From NCBI GenBank assembly GCA_964106915.2, contig OZ066914.1: a DNA stretch of 64,000 nucleotides; one strand, given 5' to 3'. The DNA comes from Podarcis gaigeae. Lineage: Eukaryota. The position numbers were made by a program, and so were the translations under genes. How positions within the stretch are numbered: the stretch's first letter is position 1; each line of letters opens with the position of its first letter. Shown here piece after piece: positions 1 to 11,418 of the stretch. The notes under the pieces were generated by a model. It was not told the DNA's origin. It saw nothing but the letters and a program-made list of their open reading frames with translations, and did no database searches.

Positions 1-17
1 CTGGTAATAAATGCTAT

Positions 18-3000
18 AATAATAATAATAATAATAATAAATTTTATTTATATCCCGCCCTCCCCAGCCGAAGCCGGGCTCAGGGCGGCTAACAACACTA
101 AAACAGTACAACATTATAAAACATTATAAAAATGAATTAAAATCAAAATTAATGGCAACCATAAACTAAAGTCTTGTAAGGTTGCCAAAGGAGGGAGTCA
201 GGCTGCGCCCTGACCAAAGGCCAGGTGGAACAGCTCTGTCTTGCAGGCCCTGCGGAAAGATGTCAAGTCCTGCAGGGCCCTTGTCTCTTGTGACAGAGCG
301 TTCCACCAGGTTGGAGCCGCAGCCGAAAAAGCCCTGGCTCTAGTTGAGGCCAGCCTAACCTCTCTGTGGCTTGGGACCTTCAAGGTGTTTTTATTTGAAG
401 ACCGTAAGTTCCTCTGTGGGGCATACCAAGAGAGGCGGTCCCGTAGGTACGAGGGCCCTAGGCCGTATAGGGCTTTGAAGGTTAAAACCAGCACCTTAAA
501 CCTGATCCTGTACTCCACCGGGAGCCAGTGCAGCTTATATAGCACCGGATGAATGTGATCTCTAAGCGAAGACCCCGTAAGGAGTCTCACTGCGGCATTC
601 TGCACCCGCTGGAGTTTCTGGGTCAGTCTCAAGGGCAGCCCCACGTAGAGCGAGTTACAATAATCCAGTCTGGAGGTGACCGTCGCGTGGATCACAGTGG
701 CTAGGTCAGGGCGAGAGAGGTAAGGAGCCAACTGCTTAGCTTGGCGGAGATGAAAAAATGCCGCCTTTGTTATAGCTGCAATCTGCGCCTCCACGGAGAG
801 GGAGGTATCGAAGATTACACCCAAACTCTTAACGGACGGTGCTGGCACTAATTGCACCCCCGCAAGAGATGGGAGTTGCCCCCTCAGTCCCATGTCGTCC
901 CGTCCCAGCCAGAGGACCTCTGTCTTCGAAGGATTTAACTTCAACCGGCTCCCACGAAACCATCCAGCCACAGCCTCCAAGCATCTGATCAGTGTGTCTG
1001 GGGCCAAGTCTGGGTGGCCGTCCATCAACAGATAGAGTTGGGTGTCATCAGCATACTGATGGCAGCCCAGCCCAAAACTCCGGACAAGCTGGGCGAGGGG
1101 GCGCATAAAGATGTTAAAAAGCATCGGGGAGAGTATTGCACCCTGGGGCACACCACACACCAAGGAGTGACGGGATGACAATTCCCCCCCAAGCGCCACC
1201 CTCTGTCCCCGACCAGAGAGAAACGAGTGCAGCCATTGAAGGACTGTGCCCTGGATCCCCACGTCGGCAAGGCGGTGGTCCAGGAGTTCGTGATCGACCA
1301 TGTCGAAGGCTGCTGACAGGTCTAGAAGAATCAGCAGCCCCGACCCGCCTCGATCCAGCTGCCTGCGGAGATCATCTGTTAGGGCGACCAGAGCCGTCTC
1401 GGTCCCATGACCAGCACGGAAGCCGGACTGGAATGGATCCAGAGCTGATGTTTCATCCAGAAACCTACCAAGCTGTTCAGCAACCGCTCTCTCAATCACC
1501 TTACCCAGGAATGGAAGATTCGAAACTGGGCAGTAATTAGATAGATCTAAAGGATCTAATAATGTTTTCTTTAAGAGCGGGCGCACCACTGCCTCCTTCA
1601 GTTCCCCTGGGAATGTCCCGGTGCCAAGGGACAGATTGATGATATCCCCCAGGGGGGCCCGCACCTCGTCTGGACACGCTCTAATCAGCCAGGACGGGCA
1701 CGGGTCGAGAGGACAGGTGGTGGGCTTTCCAGCTTGGAGGAGTCTGTCCACATCGGCTGGGGATATCCAGTCAAAGTGGTCTAATACTGAACCCGAAGAC
1801 AGTCGAGGGGCCTCCAGTTCCTTTATTGTATCCAAATTGGCAGGGAGGTCATGGCGGAGCAACAAGACCTTCTCCGCAAAAAAGCTCGCGAATGCCTCAC
1901 AGCTGTGTGTCAAATTGTTATTTAAATTTGGCTGTCCTTCAAGGGACGTTAAAGACCGAATTATACTAAATAATTGCGCCGGGCGAGAGCTAGCGGATGC
2001 AATGGAGGCCGAGAAGTAGGACTTCTTAGCGGCCTTCACTGCCATCTCGTAGGTTTTCATAAAAACCCTATAAGATGTTCTTGAAGCTCCGTCACGGGCA
2101 CCCCGCCATACTCGCTCTAGCCGTCTGAGGTCCCGCTTCATTTTCCGGAGCTCCTCGGTAAACCAGGGAGCCCGGTTTCTGCGGGGTCGCAGAGGGCGCT
2201 TAGGTGCGATCTCATTGATGGCTGCTAGGAGCTGGGTATTCCAGGCCTCAACAAGCTCAGTCAATGAGTCGCCAGGGGGAGAAAGGTCCCGCAAGACTTG
2301 ACGGAATCTATCAGGGTCCATCAGCCTCTGCGGGCGAGCCCAAATTGGCTCGCCACCCAAGCAGGGTGGGGGTGGAACGTCAATCCTGGCTTTCAGAGCA
2401 TGGCACCTTCATCGAAGGAAACATGATCACATCTATACCGATGCCAAAGATCAAATCCAGCGTGTGGCCTGCTTGATGTGTGGGGCCCGAAACAAACTGG
2501 GAGAGCCCTAGTGTCGCCATGGAAGACACCAGGTCCAGAGCCTGTGAGGAGGGAGTGGCATCAGCATGGATGTTGAAGTCCCCCAATACCAATAGGTTAG
2601 GGAACTCCAAGGCCCAGCCGGCCACCGCCTCCAGCAGGCCTGACAGGGTGGCTGCTGGTGCGCTAGGTGGCCGGTACACCAGCCAGACAGCCAAGCTCAC
2701 CTCGGAGACCCACACTAGGCCAACACATTCAATGCCGGGGATCGATGGCGATGGTAGAGCCCTGAAAGAACAATCTTCCCGGATTAATAACGCCACCCCT
2801 CCCCCCCCGGCCCACAGTCTGCGACTGGTGAAGGACGGAGAAACCCGGGGGCACCATCTCTCGTAAGGTAACAGTATCCCCTTCGCGCACCCAGGTCTCA
2901 GTCACACATGCCAGGTCAACCCCCTGCGAGGTGAAGAAATCTCGCAGGGTGGCGGTTTTGTTGCCTATAGACCTGGCATTGCACAACACCAGTGACGGAG

Positions 3001-3500
3001 GTGAGTAATCCTTGCTCACCCTACCCTCGTCTCTCGGGATGGGGCGCAGATTGGAAGGGGTACGAGCATATCCGTATCTCGATCCCCTTCGCCTATGACA
3101 TCTGCCCCCACCGCCATACCTCCCTCGCCCCTCCACAGTAGGAATCCCAAGCCTAATATTCGCCTCCATTTACAGAATATAAAAGCAAACAAATAAAAAA
3201 CAATTACATGAAAACAAAACCAATCCCCACCCCACTCCACAACCACCCAACCCCAACCCAAAATAAACCAAACCAAAATAAAAATACATAGATAAAAGCC
3301 ACCGCTTATGGTGGTACAACAAAGCAAAAATAAAAACAGTTTAAAACATATAAAAACACTTCAAACAACCGCTGCAGCAGCACTAGTGTCCCCAAAGCTG
3401 CGGCAGTGGTGAGCGTGGGCCCCGCCCCCTGGCCTGATGGAGAGTGGGCCTGCAGGGGGAAGAGCCCTCCCCACAAACACACGGCAAAGCGGCTATTGAA
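18..3500 (-). mobile_element. Near full-length L2-clade LINE (APE endonuclease + reverse transcriptase), endonuclease disrupted
   Basis: EN motifs LCNARSIGNK, VTETW, VLGDFNIH, GPTHQAGHTLDLIF in ORFs 2729..3169 and 2380..2796. RT motifs LDLSAAFD, GVPQGAILSP, YADDTQLY, SRLDYCNS, LHWLPV in ORF 198..2360. (TTA)n 3' tail at ~18-40. The 5' boundary is approximate. Confidence 0.93.
198..2360 (-). CDS. L2 ORF2 reverse transcriptase portion (720 aa open; the annotated start is not the true start)
   Basis: Uninterrupted non-LTR RT domain with YADD; the frame continues upstream as ALKARIDVPPPPCL up to a deletion near 2400. Confidence 0.85.
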   Translation of the reverse strand: MGGEPIWARPQRLMDPDRFRQVLRDLSPPGDSLTELVEAWNTQLLAAINEIAPKRPLRPRRNRAPWFTEELRKMKRDLRRLERVWRGARDGASRTSYRVFMKTYEMAVKAAKKSYFSASIASASSRPAQLFSIIRSLTSLEGQPNLNNNLTHSCEAFASFFAEKVLLLRHDLPANLDTIKELEAPRLSSGSVLDHFDWISPADVDRLLQAGKPTTCPLDPCPSWLIRACPDEVRAPLGDIINLSLGTGTFPGELKEAVVRPLLKKTLLDPLDLSNYCPVSNLPFLGKVIERAVAEQLGRFLDETSALDPFQSGFRAGHGTETALVALTDDLRRQLDRGGSGLLILLDLSAAFDMVDHELLDHRLADVGIQGTVLQWLHSFLSGRGQRVALGGELSSRHSLVCGVPQGAILSPMLFNIFMRPLAQLVRSFGLGCHQYADDTQLYLLMDGHPDLAPDTLIRCLEAVAGWFRGSRLKLNPSKTEVLWLGRDDMGLRGQLPSLAGVQLVPAPSVKSLGVIFDTSLSVEAQIAAITKAAFFHLRQAKQLAPYLSRPDLATVIHATVTSRLDYCNSLYVGLPLRLTQKLQRVQNAAVRLLTGSSLRDHIHPVLYKLHWLPVEYRIRFKVLVLTFKALYGLGPSYLRDRLSWYAPQRNLRSSNKNTLKVPSHREVRLASTRARAFSAAAPTWWNALSQETRALQDLTSFRRACKTELFHLAFGQGAA

Positions 3501-4293
3501 TAACTTACACTGTTTCATGTGATAAGGAAGAGAACTGGACAAGAGATTGTGACAGAGATGCTCCTTAGCTTCATAATTTCTTGGCTGATAATACAAATCT
3601 CAGCAAACTCTGATTTACCTCTGAGTGGCTAGAAATAAACCTGTATTTTCTCAAGTTTTGAGAAAATATTTTGGCTTATTGCTAGTCAAACCAAGCCAAG
3701 GAAAACCCAAGTGGGTGGAAATAGGTTTTATCAACTTGATAGCATGGTGCAGTAAAACCCATTCAGCACTATGGTTAACCCAGAACTGCTCACTTATGTG
3801 AAATGCATGGCACTAATATTCTAAATTTTATGAGCAGTTAAAACAGTCAAGATAATTTAAACATGAAGTAGTTGCAAAACACAAAATCGGTCAATTTTTG
3901 GTCTTAGTGACTAGCATGGTAGCCTCAATTGTTGATTCCTCTGTATCAAAATAAATAGCTTAATAAAATTGAGAGGAAACCTGCCTAACCAGCTTAAGAA
4001 AAAGATATGCAAAAGTAAGTTTAACTTAAAGCCATCTTATCAGTATTTAGGAGATGGGACTGGGTTGTGACAACAACCTAAATCCTTGTATTTGGATTAC
4101 ATGATCACTGTGAACCTCAATTTTAGTATTCAATTATTTATGAGACTGCATAGAAAACTCTTTGTTCTTTTTGCTACCATATTCTACCTTATTTTTATCA
4201 TGTTTATAGAAATACATCCAAAGTTGTGCTTATTTTTTTACAAGTCTATCTTAAAAAATTAAAAGAGGGGCAAGAGTAGAAGACAATACTTAC

Positions 4294-4358
4294 TTTATCT
4301 AGGTCTGGAATGTCAAGGAAGAATTCAGGATAAGTATATGACATACCCACATTATTTA
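4294..4358 (-). CDS. HSD17B12: HSD17B12 exon 5 ([22 protein letters not shown]); gene continues beyond the left edge
   Basis: 65 nt; acceptor ttccccccccag, donor AAA|gtaagt. SDR NNAG-like motif (NNVG). No exon 6 found in 1-4293. Confidence 0.96.
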
Positions 4359-4597
4359 CTGGGGGGGGAATAGAAGGAAAAGTTCACACAAGGTATTACA
4401 TTCTGAAATGAAATGTGTACATCACTATATTCAGCTTTTAAATAATCTGAATTCACTTGATGCCTAGACTCTCAGTTCCTGGTGGGAAAACTCTTTATAG
4501 TTCAGATTATAAATTCATCTGCGTTTCTTACAATATCAACAATGTGGACACAGAAGATCACTGAACAACGGCAAAGGAGAGGCAACATAACTTATTC

Positions 4598-4855
4598 CAG
4601 GGGTCAGCAAGGTTTATCTTGCCTGGGCCAGATCAGTCCCACTGAGATCCCTCCAAGGGCCAGATTGCGTGAGCGCCTGTGTTTTTTGGCATCTGTGCAG
4701 ATGCGATTTTCGGCGCCATGGAAATGAGTCCCCGCGCAGCGCTGGTTTAACGCAGTGCGCAAGAGGGTAGCTTGGTTTGGGGGGTGGCTTGTGGGCCGGT
4801 CAAACGATCTCCGTGGGTCACTTCCAGCCCATGGGCCTTAGGTTGCTGACCCCTA
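4598..4855. mobile_element. hAT-type MITE
   Basis: Terminal inverted repeats CAGGGGTCAGCAA ... TTGCTGACCCCTA; perfect 8-bp TSD ACTTATTC at 4590-4597 and 4856-4863. Confidence 0.9.
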
Positions 4856-4889
4856 ACTTATTCTGTTAAAGGCAACTCCAGTATGCTGG

Positions 4890-5420
4890 TGACATACTTC
4901 TCCATAACATCTGAATCAGGAGGGGCTGTGAAAGCTTTTAATTGGTGTCTAGATGCAGTGATGGACTGGATAAGGGCCAATAAACTGTGTTTGAATCCTG
5001 GAAAGACAGATGCTAAAGAGGACTCAGAAACTTCAACTGGTCCAAAATGCAAAGCCAGATTACTGGCTGGGGTTCGATTTAGAACTCATATAATCCTTAT
5101 TTTAGATCAGCTGCATTGACTACCAGACATTTTGGAACCCATTTCAAGGTGCTCATTTTAGTATTCAAAACCCCTAAACAACATGTTCCAAATATCTCAA
5201 AGACTACCTCCTTCCCTACAGGCCCTCTTGGATGTTGAGCAGGAAATGGGCCCTTCTTGGTAATTCCAGTGCCCTCAGCGGTTCAGGATGGCGGTGGCTC
5301 GGGAGAGGGAAGGAATTCTGTGTGGCTAAGTTGTGGAATTCCCCACAGAGATGCATCTATTTTATAGTTATTATATAGTTCCCATTGACTGCTGAAGATG
5401 CACCTTTGGCACTCAATATA
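4890..5420 (+). mobile_element. Degraded L2 LINE 3' fragment
   Basis: Translates as WCLDAVMDWIRANKLCLNPGKT; downstream LHWLP/FKVL-like remnants. Confidence 0.7.
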
Positions 5421-7292
5421 GATATTTTCAGCACCCACCGTACTCCTGTGAGTGCAATTTTTTAGAATGTTTTTATGATGGAGGGTAAGAGATTTAAATA
5501 TTATTAATAATAGGCTGTCAGAAGAGTTGATCTCTACTTTTTTGACTCCATTTTGCAAAGTTTTCTTCATAGAATACCTTTATCTTTGTTTTGCCTTTTT
5601 GTGTGCATTACGTCCAATGCCAATAAACTTTCCACTCGACACTTGCAAGGATACCAAGCGATAGTTTATTTCATTATCAGAAATTAACATTCCAAGTTTC
5701 TGATCATAAACTGTATCACAGCATCCACTGTGATTCTGTTCATTAGAAATGACTGCGGAAGAGTAGGTATTTATGACACAGTGAGTCATTTCGGGAAGAA
5801 AGTAACCTGCAAAGGGACAGTATTCTTACATCAGTCCCAAGTCAGATCATCATCAGTACATTAGATGGCAGTATAAACCAACACACCACACTAGTTCTTT
5901 GAAAACCGTTCATAAAGAATTTTGGGGGGTAGATGAAGAGGTAGAGTGAAAGAATAATGCAGGAGAAACCTCATTAATGGCGTTCTTATTACATTAAGCA
6001 TTCTACGTTTTCAGCAACAATTACTGGCTTTTTGAATAGGTTTGCTTGCTCCTGTGCTATTTCGAGGTACATTATACACAGATTCAACAAATGAAAGCAT
6101 TCCATAAAGCTGCTTTCATACCCTTCATATCTGTGAAATTGTACCCCTCCTTCCACCCCCAATCAATTGGCAGCATATGAAATTTACTGAGCATAGTTTA
6201 AATCTAATTTTTCAATGGCACAGTATAGTGTCCCCAGGTTTTATTATCAGACTTACTGCTTACACTAAAGTAGACACTCCAATGTATCAGGGAAAACCTC
6301 CCATCATCTCCCAAAGTGCAGAGAGAATTGGTAAAATCTAAATTAATTTTAATTGCTAGTGTGAGCTTCTCTTGCTTCGTTTACTGGTGCTTTATTCCTA
6401 AATTCAATATGCATATACTGTCTGACAGTATGGTATAGGACCACTCCATGTGGCGTTGCACTTAACTTTGTGTGAAGCAACTGAAATCTGTACTGGTCTG
6501 CTATGGCTTCCATTTGCCATGCAGTCAAGTGGGGGACCAGTTTGGGCATTGCAGGAGAAAGTTGCATGGTATGAATACAATGAATCGCTCAGAAAAATAG
6601 TCTTATGAATACACATCCTCAAAGAGGAGATCCTGCACTTGGCGAGTCCTGGTTTAAGCTGATAATCCTACTGAATTGAAAGTATCCCCCAAACAGTTGC
6701 CATTTGCTCCTGGTATGTTCTCACACTGTAGGTGGGCAAGTTAATCTTTAATGATCTCAGAGCAACATGTGGGGCATTATCCCATTTTAATGTCCCTATG
6801 ACATAGGCTGGGCTCAGAAGAAGTGTCTTGGAAGTAGTCCAAGTCTAGAACTCCAGTCAATATGGCATAGCAACTTTCCAGCGTATTACGATGAACTATT
6901 TAAGTAGCCAAATGTCAGCAAAACAAATGAGTGGAAGATATGGAAATTGATTTCAGCTAGTGTAAGCAGGGCACTTCTCACTTCAGGCACCTTGTGGTGG
7001 CAGGGCAGAAACAGATCAATCAATGCCCAAAGGAAGAGGAGTACCAACTTATTTTTCCCCAGTCTTTCCTCCAGTTGGTGAACAATATAAACTAGTTTGC
7101 TGTTCCTCAGTAATATTATTTCTGCAGTTGCAGTCTCCAATGCAACAAATTAATAACTTATGAATCTGGGATCACCTATATTTGACCATACTCTGCAAAA
7201 TGCTTCATTTCCAGAAGCAAAAATCTAGCCTATAACACTGAGTGAATACGTGGGTGCAGATTTACATATATTCTACCACTCATACAACCACT

Positions 7293-7438
7293 GGATAACT
7301 CAGTTGGTTTTAGAGCGTGGTGCTGATAATACCAAGGTCACAGGTTCGATCCCCATAAGGGATTCCTGCACAGCAGGAGGTTAGACTAGATGATCCTCGG
7401 TGTCCCTTTCCAGTTCTAAAATTCTATAATTCTATGAT
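7293..7438 (+). mobile_element. tRNA(Ile)-derived SINE with CR1 3' tail
   Basis: Head resembles tRNA-Ile (ACTCAGTTGG..TAGAGCGTGGTGCTGATAA..CCAAGGTC.CAGGTTCGATCCCC). Tail GACTAGATGATCC..TTCTATGAT is shared with CR1 3' ends elsewhere in the window. Confidence 0.75.
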
Positions 7439-8051
7439 ATATTCTAGTCAGAAAGGAGATGCAACACATTACTGGAATTCAAATGTATCTGAAGAGATTT
7501 CCTTAATATGGCTGAGAATAAAGAGTACAAGACAAGCAGGAGCCTGAACAATAAGAAAGACTTCTTTGAAAGTCCTCCAAATCCTAAAGGAACCATCTAA
7601 CCCACTAAACAAGAATACTAATCTCTGACTGAGGAGGTGAAAAAAATGTCTGGGGCCTAAACTCTATATTATTAGACATATTTAAGCAATCACACATGCA
7701 GTAGAAGGAAGGGGCAAAATGGAAGAGGTTAAGCTTTGAAGCTGCTTTAGCCTCAATACTTGAACTTCACCACGCTGGAAAATACAAGAAAACTACTACA
7801 AAGGTATCTAGATAGATGTCTGAAGCATGAAGGACATAAGAGAAGAGGTGACCTTTTTCGTAGGATAAGCTACTCTTGATAACAGTGCAAATTCTTCCAC
7901 TTCTGAACAACTGTTTTATGAAGCACAGAGGCTTCAAAGTTTATTCCAAAATGACTTGTTGCTATGAACTGAGTAATTTTATCTACTTTCCTTGGGAGCA
8001 AAGATTCCCAGAACATAGCAAATAACATGGAAATAAGAGTAAGATACAAAC

Positions 8052-8162
8052 CTAGGACACCAATCTCAAGACCTTCCAGGCCTGCTTTTATGTTTCTGTA
8101 AATAGATTCACGATCTTCAAAGTCAGCAGGAATGGTTTTCGTTTCCACCTTGAACCGCTCTC
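8052..8162 (-). CDS. HSD17B12: HSD17B12 exon 4 (R-ERFKVETKTIPADFEDRESIYRNIKAGLEGLEIGVL + 1 nt)
   Basis: 111 nt; acceptor tatttcag, donor G|gtttgt. Lies within track ORF 7870..8184; phases consistent with exons 3 and 5. Confidence 0.95.
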
Positions 8163-11100
8163 CTGAAATAAAGCACACACACAAATATAAGCATGGATTC
8201 TTTTACAACAAACATGGAAAACTTTAAAATCCCAATACAAACCTCTTCTGTTAAGTCCTAATGGGTCAAATAAACTAATCATCAACACATGGCATGCATT
8301 TAAAGTTGTTCTTACCAGAATGAAACCACCAGTCTTTTGCCATTAAGACCAATTTTAAATGATCCATCTGACATACTGGATCAAACGAAGTTCCAACATG
8401 AGTATCCTTGTGAAGGAATAGTTTGTCCTGTCCAATGGGAGCAAAATACTGTCCAATGGGAGCAAAATATTCAGCTGCTTGGGACACTGAAAGTAGTTTC
8501 CTAGTGTTTGTTAGTGACAGGAATAAGAGTATGTCACTCTTAAGTATGTTCACACAATCCAAAGCTCCTCCAAACAACATGGCTTAAGCATTCTGAAGGA
8601 CTTAAGTGTATGTAAGGAGAGATCCAACACATTGTTACAGAAAGCTGTACCTTATCACAGTCATTTCAACTTGGGGAGGATCAAAAATGTTAAGTGTTGA
8701 TTACAGAAACTGCTTGCAAGAAGGTGCAACCTTATTTGGAGGACATACTGCATCGTATGCCAAATCTTCCATACAACCGCAGTCTTATGAAGACCTAAGA
8801 CATATCGCATAGAAAAGCTTTATGCATGGGGTGGGTTTTTTTTTTTTAATGTTAAGGGCCGCATTCCCTTGGAAGTAATCTGTCAAGAGCTACATGCTGG
8901 CGATAGACTGAGTCAAAGTCATAAACGAGAAAGACCATCATTTTTCGCTCCCAGCCCCCACCCCTCAGCAAAGTCTGAACTAAGGGCTTCCTCCTTTTCC
9001 TATCACTCCACCCATTTCAACTCCACCTGCTCAGCTTCTCTGGCTCCTCACACCTCAATGAAATTAAATTTGTTAGTAACTTTATCTTGTCCACGGCAAC
9101 CCAAAGACACTTAGAACCAACCAACCAACCAAACAGACTTGTCAGACCACCTTATGAAATAAATGAATCTCTCCATTTTGTAGACTGAACAAAATGGTAC
9201 AAAATTGAGACAGCTGTCCACAATTCTTATAAGTAGAATGTAATTCTTGCCTTGTTTTCTTGGGTCTCAACTGAACAGTCTGAATCAATTCTGAAACTGA
9301 AGGGACGAAAATCTAAACTTCTCCTTTATGGTGTAGGCCACTGAGAAACTGTGCTTAGCGGGTTCTCTTCCTCCCTGTGTCACTATTCATTCATGTATCC
9401 ATCATCTAACCAAGAAAAAAGTTTTATCTGCTTTCCTCCCTGCCTCAGTTGCAGCCACAAAAGACAACGATTCTGTGTTTTCTGTGGCTGCCACTGAAAG
9501 ACTAGCAAATTCTTTGACTTTCGGTACCACTAATACACAGGTCACCAAGTTCTGCTTCTATCCCATACTTTCCCCCACTCAACCCTTCTTCATGGACAGA
9601 TGGATGGCTCACTATTGCCTCAAACACAAAATAATCCATCACTGAACTTATTTTCTTCTAAGTATTCCTCTCACTCTGTATCCTCCATATTCTCTGGTAC
9701 CACCATTGTTTTATTGCTGACACCCCCCTTTGTTTCCTCTATTCAGGAAGCTGAGTTATTCCTCACTGAAACATTTTTAGGCATTGAAGAAACTATGGTA
9801 TTACCTTCATACAACAGTAGGGTATGTATTTTAGTTTTTCAGGTGTTACACACCTCATGTTTTTGTTGCAAACATACTAGTTTCCTGTAGTATAAATATG
9901 TGGCCCAGAGCACACTATATCATGGTTTGTTTGAAGAGAAAAAGTTGTGAGTGCTAGTTCTTTTTTAACAAAGGATTGTAGTTTATTGCTCCCACAGATG
10001 CTAGGGGGAAAGTGCAGCCGGAGCAATTCAGCAGTGTGCACTAACAAGTTGCTCTTTTATGGTAAGCCCTGGTTTATGGCTTACTAAGTTGTCAGCGTGT
10101 GGCCTTTGTCAAATGATGCATGCTCTAGAAATCATCCGATTTGACCGCAAGCTTATTCTCTATCATTTTCACTTCAGTCTTTTCACCTTGATCCAGACCT
10201 CTGCTGATAAAATAACCCACCTCTCTCATTGTACAGACCATGCAACACCCCTTTAATCATTATGCACTCTTCTTGTCCACACTCTCTCTCCCAACAAACT
10301 CACTGTTCTTGCCTTCAGTGCCTCCATGGTCTTTCCCCCTCCAATTTCCCCCACCACTCAACTCCAAAGGGGTTTTTTAGAGGCACATGGGGGCAGTGGC
10401 AGATCAGTTATGCAAACTGTTGAATGGAATTCATAGTATTATAAAATCATAAAAGATGCAATAACCCTACACATTACTTCATTCTAAGTTATTGTTTTAA
10501 CAGACACTGGTAAGGTAAAATACTTCAAGTAATTCATAAAAATAGTTGTGAGTTTAAAGGACAAAGTCATTCCTAGGTTTTTCCCGAGAAAAACAATTGC
10601 TTATGCATTCATGCAGACTTGTGAGCCTAATTGTATTCCATTGCTTGCTTCCCCCTCCCCCTCCTAATATCCCTAATGGCAGATGCAACTGTTTGCTTCC
10701 TACTTCATCTTTCAGAACAGCTGCATTGTTTATAAATCCCCAGGGATATGCTGCTATGCAAAATAACGACGTAAATAGCATTAAGTCCCTACTGCAGCAG
10801 TGGTCTTGTGATCACGTCAGAAGAAAATCAAGTTCAACATCTCTGTGAAGGGAGGTGGAGGCTTGCTATTTTTAGCAACATCTGCTCGATCACTACACAT
10901 TCATGTTTGAAATCTTGCGGTCAGGGTATTTGCAGATAAATGTATCAATGGACACTACCCATTCTCCTTTCTTTGTTATGAAATACTTGAGGTTTTTACT
11001 GCTAGCAAAAGTAATAACCAAAGATTTAGAAATAATCCAGGATTTAGAAAAAGAGTAACATTAATATGCACTGCTACATAGCTGTTTCTGCCATGAATGC

Positions 11101-11260
11101 ACAATTTATCAATGGCTTGGTTAAAAAATCCCACATGTACTGCAGTGAGGAAAGTTGCCAAGTTGAGTGAGAGAAACAAATATTTCATATCATTTACTGG
11201 GATGATCAGCCCAAAGGAGCTACACAATGGACATTGGGCATGCTCAGGATTTAACATATT

Positions 11261-11418
11261 CCTATTTATCTACTTGCACTGGTGTGCTTTTGAATTGCTA
11301 GGTTGGCAAAAGCTGGGACAGAGCAATGGAACTCACTCCGTCATGGGGATTTGAACCGCCGACCTTCCTATCAGCACACCCAAGACGCTCAGTGGTTTAG
11401 ACCACAGCACCATCCACT
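11261..11418 (-). mobile_element. Sauria-type SINE, 5' part
   Basis: Reverse complement matches the SINE copies at 43048 and 47152 (GTGGTCTAAACCACTGAG..CAACCTAGCA.TTCAAAAGCAC..GCAAGTAGATAAATAGG). Confidence 0.75.

Noticed and set aside
3370-3500. HDV-like ribozyme at the L2 5' end
   Set aside because: GC-rich and self-complementary, but I could not assign the nested double-pseudoknot or the catalytic J4/2 strand.
1-4293. HSD17B12 exon 6
   Set aside because: No segment with suitable splice sites and the expected ININ..SVCK-like peptide; most of the interval is the L2 element.
7293-7368. Functional tRNA-Ile gene
   Set aside because: Acceptor stem is degenerate and it is fused to a CR1 tail, so it is a SINE head.
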